64,000 nucleotides of DNA from Eledone cirrhosa (GCA_964016885.1 OZ024741.1:187240001-187304000); one strand, 5' to 3'. Shown: positions 11,142 through 24,752, counted from the first letter of the stretch. Notes: generated by a model not told the origin, from the sequence alone. Numbers and translations: made by a program.

Positions 11142-14100
11142 CAGTGGTCGCCAACCGTTCTAAAACCGAGGAACCCTCTAAATATTTTGAATTCTTCACG
11201 GAACCTATACAATACAAAACTTTAAAAAAAAATAATAAAGTATTTATTTATTTTAGTGTTTCATGCGTGTGTATGTAATCGAACACAATGGCTTTTCTGC
11301 TGCTGTGCCTCATCAGTGAATTTAGAAAATCGAGGTTCAACACTAATTAATGCCAATCTCATACACTCGTCAATTGCTGACAGTTTATTCCTCTTCTTTG
11401 TGCAGATTTCCACCAACTGCGAAAACCATTTTTCGCACAAATAGCTAGATGGGAATAAAGTCAAATACTTCAATGCAAGTTGGCTGATTTCATTAAACTC
11501 CCCAATCAAGAATAAGTCGATCCATAGTTCTTTCTTTCTGCTTTCGAATATCACTTTCAGGTCTTCGTTTGAATTCAAATCCATCAACTGATGTAAGCAT
11601 TGGGCAGGTAGTAAATTTTTACAATTTCCAGCGTCATTTTCTGACACTAACTGCTCGATCTCGGTGAACGGGTTTTTTATCCATAAATTTCCGCTAACAA
11701 TATCTTTTTCCATCAAGTCAAAATAATCTGAAAAACCAGTGGAAAGCACATTTAAATGAGAAAGAATAATCTTCTTTAGATTGCTGGAGTCAAAATTTTC
11801 TCTCTTTTTAAGCTCTATTTCAAGGTTTGAAAGTAATTGTCCGATTCAATTCTTTTTATAAAGATGTTTAATTTTGATTGAAAATATGTAATAAAATTGA
11901 TTGAAGTAAAAATATCTGCATTGTTACCCTGAAGACACTTATTTAGTTTGTTCAGTTCACCAAAAATGTCTACTAAATAAGCATGTTGCACATTCCATTC
12001 ATTGGTTTCTAATACATTTGCTCTTTCATCGTTCTGTTTTTTTAGAAAAACTATTATTTCTTCTCTCAGTTCAAAAACTCTCTTCATAGCATCCCCAAAA
12101 GACAGCCAACGCACATGATTGTTCAATAACAATCTATTATAATTACTTCCAGAAGATTCACAAATAGATTCAAACATTCTAGAATTGTTTGCTCTTGCAT
12201 GAATCAAATTGATAATTTTGACAATGTCTTTCAGCTGGTCATTTAATATTTGAGCATCTCTGTCTTTGAATTTTTTTTAACACAAAACCTCTCGATGAAT
12301 CATACAATGATTTGAAATACAATTTGGGGTCTGTTCTTTAATTTTTACAATCAAACCAGAATTTTTACCAGTCATTGCAGCTGCTCCATCTGTTGTTATT
12401 GAAGTCAACTTGCTCCAAGATACACCATTTAAAAAAAAATACTCTTCAATTTTATTGAATATATCTTGACCTTTAGTTGTGATGTCTAATGCCAGACAAA
12501 AGAAATACTCTTCTACTAATTCTTTTTTATCAAGGTCTACAAAGCGTACATAGCAAATTAATTGAGCCTTGTTATTAATATCCGTAGTTTCGTCCACTTG
12601 CAGTCTAAAACATGTGCTTTTCTTTAGTGCAGTTAGTATCTGATTTTCTATATCAGAAGAAATATCAATTATCCTTCTTTTTACGGTATTTGCTGACAAT
12701 GGTAACTGGCTTAATTTTTCTTTGTCCTTAATACTGCAGCTTTCAAAAAGATTCTCTGTAGCAATTTTTATACTTGGCAGAATTAACTGTTCTCCTAATG
12801 TAAATGGTTTCTTGTTTTTACCAATCAAATGTGAAATTTCAAAAGATGTTCTTGTTAAAGCTTTATTTCTATCTGACTTTTTACAAAACAAGTCATACAT
12901 ATTAGCTTGTGATTTTTTTATGCTGTTTTTCAGTGAAGTAAAGTATTCCAGTGACTTGTTTTTATCATTGGTGTGATTAGTATCAAGGTGTCTTTTAAGT
13001 TTTGCAGGATTTAAACAGCTATTTGATAGAACTTTTGAACATGGCAAACACATGGGCTGATCTGGTGTATCTTTTTTAGTGTCAGCTTTTTGAAATCCAT
13101 ATCTAACATAATCATCACACCACTGTCTAACCTTTCTGCTGGTATCTAACTTCAGCTTCTTTGCAGTAGACATCATATCAAGGTTATTTATCTACAGTTA
13201 ACATTTTTAATATGACATTAATAAACAAGAGAAATTAACAGTTTTTTTAATTACAAAAAGTACTTAAATTAACTTTAATTTTAGATATTTGGAAAAACTT
13301 AACTAGTTAAAAAAAAATTTTAATTTTTAAAAATTGAAATTTCTCCATTTTAGGATGGCAAACATATTATTTAAAGTCTTATAATAATATTAAAATATTA
13401 AGGGTTACTGAAAAAAGTGCAAATTTATGAACAACTAGAAGAAATTTTTTTCAGAGTCCAGCACTTCCTGTATATACTACTTTAGGGTCGTATTAAATAT
13501 TATTGGTAATGTAAATATATTTAAATATCCGCCATACTAAAAGGTGCAAAAAATGCAAATCAGCTGATAGTGTAGATGTGACGATGGTATTGGAAATTAA
13601 TTCAGATATCTTCTATCTATTTTGACTCAAAGTTAGATATAATATAAGAAGGCTTTTGGCTGCGTTAAACATATATTAGATTGGAACAAATAAAGTTTAG
13701 TCAAATGTTTGTGGACATATATATTTATTGTATAAAGTAATTTCTTAATTGTGAATGCAGATGTCATCAAATGAATACATAATTGTGTGGCAAAGTTTAT
13801 AGTGTATGCATGGAATACAAAATTACCTTTGTTAGTAGTCGAAACTTTACAGGCGTTATATTTTCTGTGCAAAGTACAACAGAATGTAACGTGTCCTTAT
13901 TTAGAATTGTCTGTGGAACTGGATGCATGTTGAAAACGACTAGTAAGCGAGTTCACTCAGTGAGGAAACTTTAGACGACTTTAAAGCTTTTGTGAGGGCA
14001 GCGGATTAAAACGTGTTCTCTATTGAAAACATTCTACTGAACTTACGTCGTGAGAACAGCGAACTGACCCTGTCTCTTGGCTGAGAGACCTCGCTGAACT

Positions 14101-14523
14101 GAAGTTTTCAGTTTAAAGTTATGCTGTCATCGACCAACATTTACTTGTTCGTGATGGGTCAATTTCTAAGTTCAATTAGTGTATTATCAGTAGTAGTCAA
14201 ATTCTCGGAATTCAGAAAACTATGTCTTTCCAAGAATTGATGTGAAATTGAAAGTATTCAATTTCCACGAATCTCAGAACAGTGTTTTTCTGCTAATTCA
14301 AGTGAGAAACTGAAAGTAGTGTTTTCCACGAATTGGAGTGGAGAACCTGTGTACACTACAATAGTACTTGTTCATTTATACATTGCACTTTTGGCATTTT
14401 CTTTGCACCTTTTTCAGAAAACCCAAAATATTAATGGTAATGTAAATATTTATTTTTTAAAGGAACCCAGAGTTTGTTTTACGGAACCCCAAGGTTCCGC
14501 GGAACCCATGTTGGCGACCACTG
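11142..14523 (-). mobile_element. Full-length hAT DNA transposon, Buster/Charlie family
   Basis: TIRs CAGTGGTCGCCAAC (11142-11155) / GTTGGCGACCACTG (14510-14523); 8-bp TSD CCTTACTG (11134-11141, 14524-14531, nnnTAnnn type); subterminal GGAACC repeats. Confidence 0.95.
11261..13176 (-). pseudogene. hAT (ZBED5/Buster-like) transposase with two frameshifts
   Basis: BED finger PMCLPC...KLKRHLDTNH, DETTD, TTDGAAAMTG, HCMIHRE, VRWLS, FPSSYLCEKWFS; breaks near 12277 and 11815. Confidence 0.9.
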
Positions 14524-14860
14524 CCTTACTGCACGACCCCCCTTTCAGACACGTGTGATGCTCATTAGGACCCGACGCACACGGACCATATTAGCTTTGA
14601 CGATGTCATGTAATTCCTGGTCAGTTGCTGGGTTAAGGATTTCAGCCAAAATTAAGCTGTCTATGGCATTTGAATTGATTTTTATCAGCTAACCAAATCA
14701 AAATGTGAGCATGTGGCAGCCTTCGTTTTTGCCATTCGACAGCCCCAAATACCTGACCTTTTTGATTAAAGCCATGAGTTTAGCCATTTTCAGTCTGAAC
14801 ACTCTGGCAATGAGGTCATGTCTGTTCGAATAATTTTTGCTCAGGAAAATGTTCACGGGT
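14524..14860 (-). pseudogene. Helitron Rep HUH-endonuclease fragment
   Basis: Manual translation RHDLIARVFRLKMAKLMALIKKGQVFGAVEWQKRRLPHAHILIWL (HUH motif); continues across the hAT insertion into CSK..PKKF..DGY..YRRR. Confidence 0.85.
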
Positions 14861-15768
14861 TGCATTCCGATTCATATGTCTAGAGCATTAATCTGTTATA
14901 TGAAGTGTTATTTTGAGGGTTGTTATTTGCAATAAGCCGATTGAAAATGCCCCAGTTAAGTCGTATGCCAATACGGAACGCTCAATACGGAACGCCCCAC
15001 TGCTGTGTTGTCATATAGGGAGTGAGGAGAGACAGAGAGAGTAAAGCAGTTAAATTATAGAGAGGGGGAATATACGGAACACTCCATTTGAACGGAACGC
15101 TCCATTTGAACGGAACGCATACGGAACGCTACATTGTTTCTCTCTCTGCAGTGTTGTCATATCGGGAGTGAAGACTGACAGAGAGCGTATAGCAGTTAAA
15201 TTATAGAGAGGTCGTTATTGTTACGTTTGTTGTTTGATAAATTCATCTGTTGCTTTTGAATATTTGTTATTTGATGTAAAATGTAACGTTGAGAGAGCAG
15301 TATGTATTTAGTGTTATCGGCTTTTTAAATGTTGATAGTTGATGTATGAGTGTCGTTATGACTGTAGAGAGGGGGGAATAATCGATTGTAGAGAGAGGGG
15401 AGAGCGACGGAGAGAGTAAAGCTATGGTTGTTGTGTTGCTTAGGTTTCAAAGTTTTAAAGAGAGTTGCAGAGGAGATTGAGAGTGGAGTAGAGAAAAATA
15501 TGAACCTTTTAAAGAGAGTTGCAACATGTATGTAGTTTCATATATTTTGATGGTAGTAGTGAGAGGAATGAAGCGTGTAAGGTTACAGCATGTATTTAGT
15601 TTTATCGATTTGTTTTCATAGAAGCAGGACATTTTTGGCAGAAATTACGTGTTGACCTTCCCTGGTAAATTTGGAGCACATTGGAAAAAAAATTCATCAA
15701 AATCCATAGAGAAATGTGGAAATGCATAAAAACAGACAAACATCTACCGACAGACATCTAGCGGTTTT

Positions 15769-15806
<38 letters not shown>

Positions 15807-15827
15807 TAGAGAGAGATATACATATAC

Positions 15828-16183
<356 letters not shown>

Positions 16184-16198
16184 TCACACACACACGCA

Positions 16199-16272
<74 letters not shown>

Positions 16273-16313
16273 AGGGTGTTAAAGTTTGCTTGAAGCATTG
16301 TGAAATGTGTAAA

Positions 16314-16759
16314 ATACGTATTTAAGAAAGCCACAACAATGCAGAGGGAAATCTCGAGGTAGGAAGTGGAAGATAGATAGGAAAAACAGGTGAAAGTGAA
16401 AATTGAGAGAGACAAAGATGAAAACAAAACAAAGGTAGAAGGGTTACCGTAGTAGAGATTTAATCCCAATATTTCGGGCTCACGCCCATCAACGGGGGAA
16501 AGTTCCAAAAGGGGGGGAACAGGCCAAGCGGAGAAAGTTGTGATGTCGTTAAGACAGGAATGCCGTTATTGGAACTTTCCCCCGTTGATGGGCGTGAGCC
16601 CGAAATATTGGGATTAAATCTCTACTACGGTAACCCTTCTACCTTTGTTTTGTTTTCATCTTTGTCTCTCTCAATTTTCACTTTCACCTGTTTTTCCAAT
16701 CTATCTTCCACTTCCTACCTCGAGATTTCCCTCTGCATTGTTGTGGCTTTCTTAAATAC

Positions 16760-16763
<4 letters not shown>
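16314..16763. repeat. Fold-back element (~195-bp arms, ~60-bp spacer) in (TA)n with degenerate hammerhead-like motif
   Basis: Arms 16314-16509 / 16569-16763; CCC-CCGTTGAT-GGGC-GTGA-GCCC-GAAA-TATT-GGG on both arms. Confidence 0.8.
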
Positions 16764-16795
<32 letters not shown>

Positions 16796-16879
16796 GTTAT
16801 TCCGGGTTGAATCGGAGGTAACCACAGTAAGTAAGGTACTCAATACATAGCAGAGTATAAAGGTTTTAATATAGATGAG

Positions 16880-17545
16880 ATTCTACAGGACTAGAACTGT
16901 TTCATTCTTCAGAAATCATCAGGTTACGCCGTATTTGACTAAACAGAATTAGTCTGTTAGTTGGGATTTTTTTTAAATCTCTGAATGGAAAAAAATTATG
17001 AGTATTGACGTAGCCCACATCTTGGTTTGCCGGACCAATGTGTTACCATTACACCAACATGCCACCCATGCTTCCTTACCTTCAATTAGAAGCTGTATAA
17101 CTATAGCAGGTATATATAACTCATTGGTCCGGCAAACCAAAGATGTAGGTTCATGACCCGTGTACGTCAATATTCATCCTTTTTTTTTTCATCCAGGGTT
17201 TTTTTTTTAATCCCAACTAACAGACTAATTCTATTTAGTCAAATACGGCGTAAGCACATGGTACTACCTAATTTTCAAATTCGTTAGTTGTTTCTAAACA
17301 AAGCCTACTTTGTGTCTCCCTATTTATATACATATATATATACCTGCTGTGGTTTATGGCTTCTAATTGAATGGAGGGCGGTATGGGTGGCTTGTAGGTG
17401 CAATGGTTACACATTGGTCCGGCAGGCCGGGATGTGGGTTTCTGTGGTATATAGGTCAATACGCATCCTTTTTTTTTCATTCAGAGGTTTTTTTTTAAAA
17501 TCCCAAATAAAAGACTAATTTCATTTAGTCTAATACGGCGTGAAC
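16880..17545. mobile_element. Inverted/triplicated element with tRNA-like segment and hammerhead-like core
   Basis: 16925-17040 inverted at 17121-17252, third copy 17340-17540; TGGTGTAATGG A-box-like and TTGGT-CCGGCAA-ACCAA stem-loop; minus-strand CTGATGA-TTTCTGAAGAAT-GAAAC at ~16898-16921. Confidence 0.55.
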
Positions 17546-17577
17546 ACATGTTACTACCTAATTATATATATATATAT

Positions 17578-17656
<79 letters not shown>

Positions 17657-17807
17657 GAGGGTGGGGGGATATATATATATATATAACGTCACCCATATTC
17701 TCTACTCGCCTGATAAAAAGCTGTTGTAACTTAGGCCATAATCAAACTTTATGGCCTATACAGTGGCATGCTTCGAGAACTGTTAACACTGTCGAGCAGA
17801 CATTAAT

Positions 17808-17995
17808 GTGGATTGGCAGTATCAGTAGAGGGTCGGACGCCATGCTTTAACGCATAGAGTTACGGTCCTTGCCATTCTGAGTTCAAATCCCGCCGAGGTT
17901 GACTTTGCCTTTCATCCTTACGGGGTCGATAAAATAAAGTACCAGTAATGCACTGGGTAATTGCTGGTCTTGTGCCTAAAGTAGAAACAATTAAT
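17808..17995 (+). mobile_element. tRNA-derived SINE (dominant family); tail duplicated at 18003-18058
   Basis: A box, B box GAGTTCAAATCC, conserved body and tail. Confidence 0.85.
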
Positions 17996-18123
17996 ATTCT
18001 TCAGTAATGCACTGGGATAATTGTTGGCTTTGTACCAAAAGTAGACACAATTATTATTACTTCAGATCTGTTGGTAACATAGAGTGCTCTTGTTCCTTAT
18101 TCCTTTGTACGAAAACCATCCAC

Positions 18124-18198
<75 letters not shown>

Positions 18199-18229
18199 AG
18201 GGCGCTGCGGAGTTGCAAATGGGTTACAT

Positions 18230-18529
18230 ATGAAAAAAGTTTGTCCTTCATCAGTGATCTTCCAACTATCATAGGCATTTCATCGCTTTAAAGACCATAT
18301 ACCTCCGGTTGGTGCGAGCAACGGCTAAAAGAAGTCGTTGGGACACGTAAATAAAGGGGACGCGAGGGTAAACAAAAAAAATGGTGAAGCATTACCCTCG
18401 CATCCCCTTTATTTACGTGTCCCAACGACTCTTTTTAGCCGTTGCTCGCACCAACCGGAGGTATATGGTCTTTAAAGCGATGAAATGCCTATGATAGTTG
18501 GAAGATCACCGATGAAGGACAAACTTTTT

Positions 18530-18532
<3 letters not shown>
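18230..18532. repeat. Fold-back element (~140-bp arms) in (TA)n
   Basis: 18230-18371 inverted at ~18390-18532. Confidence 0.85.
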
Positions 18533-18563
<31 letters not shown>

Positions 18564-18593
18564 CCATTATTCCTTTGTACGAAAACCCTCCAC

Positions 18594-18634
<41 letters not shown>

Positions 18635-18934
18635 CCATTATATATATATATATATATATAGCCATTACATCTACGATCTTTGTGGTATGTGAAAAAATGC
18701 GTTAAGTCGTCATTACTATCATCATTTTTATACTGAAGACGTGTCTGTGGAATTCCCAAATCATTAATAGATTTATGGGCTTAAGAACGCTATTGTTTGA
18801 AATCAAACATCGTGAACGAATAAAGCACCATACAAAATCATAAACAGATAAGAACAAACATAAACATAGTCGTATCTTTAATATGATACGCCTTAAAGAA
18901 AAACTGTTCCCCATTTAATCGTGCACATATATGT

Positions 18935-18965
<31 letters not shown>

Positions 18966-19124
18966 CGTGTGTGTGTGTGTGTGTGTGTACATGTGCGCGT
19001 ATACATATTTATGTACATAAATTAATAGATAAATAAATAAATATGTATGTATATATTCATATAGGATGTTTGTGAATATATATATATATATGTGTATAAC
19101 AAATTATACACAAAAATACAGACA

Positions 19125-19162
<38 letters not shown>

Positions 19163-19479
19163 TGTCTGTGTTTTTGTGTGTAATTTGTTATTTTAGCTGG
19201 ATAAGCAAGATTTATACAAAATATACAGACATTGATAGTGGGTCAAGAAGTTGGGTCAGGATCATGTAACGAAACCAGAACGTTTCGAATACTCTAACCC
19301 ACGAGGGAATAACATGATGGTGGTGGAGACATTCAGCCAACGTATTCTTGACAATGGCTAATTCAGCTTCAATGACAACATATCACTTGAGATATATATC
19401 TATATTCTTATTAATTTGCATACACTAACTATCTCTGTCATCGAGCGCCATGTGTGTTTGTGTGTGGTGTGTGGTGTGT

Positions 19480-19520
<41 letters not shown>

Positions 19521-20661
19521 ATATATAAAAATATGAGTGTCCCAATCGCAGAAAATAAATCTCTTCTCTGTCCACCGGGCGGCCAGTCTGCCAGAGCCTC
19601 GGGGCGGTCAACGCACGGGCCCCTATTTGCTCATAATAGTGAGAGATGGGGAGAGCGGGAGAGACAGAGACAGTGACATTTGGTTATTTTCTGTTCGGAC
19701 CTGGTGTATATGTACATGTTTCACGGACACACACTCAGGCATCTCTTTCCCTACTACTGTAACAATAACTGTTAATAACACTTGAAAAGAATATCCTCTA
19801 GAGATGGGAGAAAACGGTGAGAGGGGCGAATGAGGACTCGAATCTCGTATCTCTCAATTATGGTGCAACTTGTTAAATCGGCAGAGTCGTTGGGAAGTTA
19901 GAAACTATGTTTAGTAATATTTGCTTTGACTTTTAATGCTTTGTGCCCAAATTTAATCAAGGTCGACAAACAAAGAACCAATCCAAAGGTGGTGGATTGA
20001 TGGAGTTGTTAAAGAATTGAATTGGGTGCTACTACAGTGTTGAAGTAGAACTGTGGCTTCTGCGCTCAAATCCCATCTCATGTTAACTAAAAAAGTGGTG
20101 GCGCTTTTATCCTTATCGAGCCTCGTGAAATAAATACGTTTGTTTATATTTTGTTATTGTGTATGCAAAAATATCTGTACACGAATATATAATTATATAT
20201 ATATATATATACCGCGTCGTAATGTCGTAATACAGACAGCCAGGCATACAGATAAATATTATAAGGGCGCAACATTATATCTATGTATCTATCTAAAAAG
20301 AGAAAGACTAAGAATTATAGAGAGAGATCGCTAAATCACCTAATGCACCTTGGGCATTGAACATTTGACATTTTTTTTTTCTCAAAACACTCACAGTGTA
20401 AAGTTTGAAAAACAAACGTATTTATTTCACGAGGCACGATAAGGATAAATATATATCAAATATATAAGAACCCTAGAACAAATCCCGAGTAACGCCGAGC
20501 CATTCTGCTTGTGTTAACTAAAAAAGTGGTGACGCTTTTGTAATGACTTGCATCTGACAGACAATATGAGCAATGGAAAAACCAATGTAGGTATAGTTTT
20601 GCTTGTCTTCGCTGGGGACGCGCACATTTTCTTTCTCTCTCTCTATATATATATATATTAT

Positions 20662-20910
20662 ATTCTAATGCGGGTAAAATTCCCGAGATCCATAGACGAG
20701 TTCTCTCCAGCGGTCTCTGTCCCTCATTATCGCTGCCATGTCCTGCGTCTCCAACAGACCAGTGTCTGTCCTTAGGGCATCAACATACGTTAACCTTGGT
20801 CTTCCTCTTCTAGTGTGTCCATGTAGGGGCTCCCAAAGGAGCACTGAGTGCAATGTCAACTCTGGATGCCGGTGAGCATGTCCAGCTAACCTCAATCTCC
20901 TCTGTGTCAC
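20662..20910 (-). mobile_element. Short 3' fragment of RTE-like LINE in (TA)n
   Basis: [15 protein letters not shown]...[23 protein letters not shown]...MRDRDRWRELV. Confidence 0.8.
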
Positions 20911-20971
20911 TTTATATATATATTTATATATATATATATATATATAAATATATATATATATATTTATATAT

Positions 20972-21035
<64 letters not shown>

Positions 21036-21211
21036 CTTAGTATTTCTCTTTTTAGATAGATACATAGATATAATGTTCCGCCCTTATAATATCTATCTGT
21101 ATGCCTGGCTGTCTGTATTACGACATTACGACGCGGTATATATATATATATATATTTCGTTTCTGAATTTGTTTAGCAAGATTCTTTATCTGAAATCGTG
21201 TGTTGAAACCG

Positions 21212-21281
21212 ATATTGTTATACTTTGGGAGGGTCATGTTGCCAATAATTGGCAACATGACCCTCCCAAAGTATAACAATA
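21212..21281. repeat. Perfect ~70-bp hairpin
   Basis: ATATTGTTATACTTTGGGAGGGTCATGTTGCCAAT-A-ATTGGCAACATGACCCTCCCAAAGTATAACAATAT; one arm recurs at ~43202-43227. Confidence 0.9.
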
Positions 21282-21390
21282 TATATATATATATATAAGG
21301 AATCAAGAGTGACACGGTTTGCTATACAAAAAAGGTTTTAAATCTTGACTACACCTAAGTGGACTACCTATAACAATAATCTGTTACCCC

Positions 21391-21478
<88 letters not shown>

Positions 21479-21763
21479 TGCGTCCCCCCAGAGAAGACAA
21501 ACAAAACTATGCCTACATTGGTTTTCCCATATTGTCTGTCATTTGCAAGTCATTACAAAAGCGTGGTGGATTGATGGAGTTTTTAAAGAATTGAATTGGG
21601 TGCTACTACAGTGTTGAAGTAGAACTGTGCCTTCTGCGCTCAAATCCCATCTCATGTTAACTAAAAAAGTGGTGGCGCTTTTATCCTTATCGAGCCTCGT
21701 GAAATAAATACGTTTGTTTATATTTTGTTATTGTGTATGCAAAAATATCTGTACACGAATATA

Positions 21764-21802
<39 letters not shown>

Positions 21803-21990
21803 CAGTACAGACAAGTACGGAATACCTCGGCTTCGGGGTGGTGTCTACATTTTGTGCTAATAAAAAAAATTTGTCCTAGATTACCATTGGTTTTTTTTTC
21901 GTGCGAAGAAAATCAATACTCTATCGCGAAATAAATACTTTTGTTCATATTTTGTTATTGTGTATGCAAAAATATCTGTACACGAATATA

Positions 21991-22052
<62 letters not shown>

Positions 22053-22055
<3 letters not shown>

Positions 22056-22610
22056 AAGTAAAATAAAAGTCAAATGTTTAAAATTTAGCTTCGTTTATTA
22101 CTGCTATATATATTTCGGTGACAGACATCTTTGGCTGTGACCTCTTCAGGCAGTTCGTATTAGTGTGGTATAGACAAGTACATATGTTGTTGAGGTGTAT
22201 AATTTTGTCAATACTCTGATATGCCCAGTTCCTGGTTGGGTTGTTATTTCACTGGGGAACTGGAATCATATCTATGATTGGCTTGCCTCAGAATGAACTT
22301 CTATAGACTTTTGAATGAGGAATGTTCTAACAACTGACCAATGAGAGGAGAAGAGGCCCTTTGACACTGAAATTCGTTTGTTTGAATTCATATGATTCCA
22401 GTTCCTCTGAAATAACAACCCAACCAGGAACTGGGCATATCAGAGTATTGACAAAATTATACACCTCAAGAACATATGTACTTATCTATACCACACTAAT
22501 ACGGACTGCCTGAAGAGGTCACAACCATAGATGGCTGTCACCGAAATATATATAGCAGTAATAAACGAAGCTAAATTTTAAACATTTGACTTTTATTTTA
22601 CTTTATTATA
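22053..22610. mobile_element. Penelope-like pLTR fold-back element with a hammerhead motif on each arm
   Basis: Arms ~22053-22272 / ~22388-22610; flanked by (TA)n. Confidence 0.8.
22505..22559 (+). ncRNA. Minimal type I hammerhead ribozyme (inverted copy at 22100-22154, minus)
   Basis: ACTGC-CTGAAGA-[GGTCACAACCATAGATGGCTGTCACC]-GAAA-TATATA-TA^GCAGT: stem I, CUGANGA core, stem II, GAAA, palindromic stem III, UH site. Confidence 0.8.
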
Positions 22611-22829
22611 TATATAACAGTACAGACACGTACGGAATACCTCGGCCTCGAGATGGTGTCTACATTTTGTGCTAATAAAAAAATTTGTCCTAGATTACCA
22701 GGGTTTATTTTTTTCGTGCGAAGAAAATCAATACTCTATCTCTAAATAAATACTTTTGTTTATATGTTGTTATTGTGTATGCAAAAATATCTGTACACGA
22801 ATATATATATATTAAAATAACAGATTAAA

Positions 22830-22878
22830 GTTTCAGCAAAGAATCGCTGCTTTCACCCTTAACGGGATCTTCTGAAAC
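22830..22878 (-). ncRNA. Degenerate type I hammerhead motif
   Basis: GTTT-CAGAAGA-TCCC(GTTAA)GGG-T-GAAA-GCA..TGC-TG-AAAC; core and cleavage site mutated; related copies near 58870 and 62715 keep TT at the site. Confidence 0.5.
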
Positions 22879-23224
22879 TAAAAAAAATCGATCTGTAAAC
22901 GCAGAAGTAAATATTTCGAAAAACGTTATACAAAAGCGTCACCACTTTTTTAGTTAACCCTAGCAGAATGGCTCGACGTTACTCGGGATTTGCTCTGGGG
23001 TTCTTATATATATATATATATATATATATATGCGAGAAAAGCCACAAACCCTCCATCTCAATTCTACTTTTGAAAAGCATAAGAACTGTGAAACCGGTAA
23101 CAGAAAAAAATTGCATTTTCGATTTCTTTTCCTTTCATATATACAGTATATATATATGAGTGTGTGTGTGTTTGTGTGTGTATGTGCATGTGGGCGTATG
23201 TGTGTATATATGTGTGTATGTGTG

Positions 23225-23281
<57 letters not shown>

Positions 23282-24049
23282 ATTCTGTAATAATACACAT
23301 ATTTGCACCATAGGGTACAACACAATTAGTCTTACCAAAATTACACAAGAAATATTCATAAACTTACTAATTATTTGGCGCTGGAACCCAACTCCGTAGA
23401 GTGAAAGAAAAGATAGAAAGCGATTACTTCTGGTACTATATTTAATGTGTAGATGCTTTATGTAAGTGGGGCTACGCTAAAAAGCCATTAGGAAGTTATG
23501 TGATATAGAACTCAATACGAACTATAGAGTCAAAAAACATATATTTTATATCATAAATAGTGACAGTTACTTACATGTTTCGCTGTGTTAGCTTGATGAA
23601 TTTATGAGTCTGTGTAGGTTAGTGTGTGTATGTCTGTGTGTGGAGTGAAAAAGTAAATATATATCATGTAGCGATGAAAACCATAACCACCCCAAAAAGA
23701 CTCCCTAGCGAACAAACACGCCTTTAAAGAGAAATGTAGAATAAGTTTGCACGTCTGCCCTACTACCATATCCAATATCCAAGAGGCGCAGTGGGTAATA
23801 GTCACACAAGGAGGTATTATAGGCATATACAGCTTACTGAAATGACAAATGTGTATCAAAGTTCAAATGCTGAGACAAAAAAACAACAATTGTGTTTACT
23901 TCAGTCCATCAAAATCTTCTGAAATTATTAATGTGAACTGATTAGCAGACATTCAGCATACTATTCCATGGAGGTTCCATCACAACCAGGTCAATATTTA
24001 CATACAAGCACGGACATACGCATAAACACACACATTCACAAAAACATAC

Positions 24050-24098
<49 letters not shown>

Positions 24099-24111
24099 CA
24101 CACATGTGTGT

Positions 24112-24147
<36 letters not shown>

Positions 24148-24265
24148 ACATGCGTGAGCAAGACGAATTGTCCTTAGAACAGAAGATTGGAATCTGTAAG
24201 TAATCTTCGAAGAAATAAATATTTAAACTTTGCGAAAGATGTGGCGAATTCGAAGAATTGTTATA

Positions 24266-24540
24266 ATTGTTTCTACTTTAGGCACAAGGCCAGCAAATTA
24301 CCCAGTGCATTACTGGTACTTTATTTTATCGACCCCGTAAGGATGAAAGGCAAAGTCAACCTCGGCGGGATTTGAACTCAGATCGTAAAGGGACGTAACT
24401 ATGCTGGAAATACTGTATAGAACGCTCTGCTGTATTCGGTCAAGTTTTCAGCACTCTGAGATCAAATCCCAGTCGACGTCGACTTTACTTTGCATCTTTT
24501 CACGATCAATAAATATAATACCAGTCCAGTATTGGGATCG
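24266..24540. mobile_element. Two SINE pieces head-to-head (minus 24266-24410, divergent plus 24430-24540)
   Basis: SINE tail/body/B box on minus followed by a degraded B box and body on plus. Confidence 0.7.
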
Positions 24541-24549
24541 ATTCTTCCT

Positions 24550-24597
24550 GTATCTCTCTCTCTCACTTCTTCTTCTCCCTCCCCATCCTCCTCTCTT

Positions 24598-24632
<35 letters not shown>

Positions 24633-24684
24633 CTATTTCTCTATCTATCTATCTCCATCTATCTATATCTATCTATATCTACCC

Positions 24685-24752
<68 letters not shown>

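Larger units (their letters stand above)
7716..15792 (-). mobile_element. Helitron (rearranged, degenerate RepHel) with nested hAT
   Basis: Minus-strand 3' end CCCGAGCAACGCCGG hairpin then CTAG|T at 7716; 5' end TCTATATATA...AAAAACCGC at ~15792; inserted in (TA)n; Rep and PIF1 helicase remnants inside. Confidence 0.85.
19985..23010. repeat. Mosaic of local direct and inverted duplications including Helitron-type 3' ends
   Basis: 19990-20200 repeated at 21563-21770; 21801-21990 repeated at 22617-22800; 20212-20315 inverted at 21032-21137; CCCGAGTAACGYCGAGCCATTCTGCT(AG) module at 20465-20540 (+) and 22933-23006 (-). Confidence 0.7.

Noticed and set aside
14970-15130. Repeated ACGGAACGC motifs resembling a CRISPR-like array
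   Set aside because: Irregular short Helitron subterminal repeats; eukaryotic context, no cas genes or regular spacers
17808-17895. A/B boxes suggesting real tRNA genes
   Set aside because: No cloverleaf; always attached to SINE body and tail
19540-19700. GC-rich patch that might be a promoter or exon
   Set aside because: No convincing ORF, splice pair or recognisable motif set
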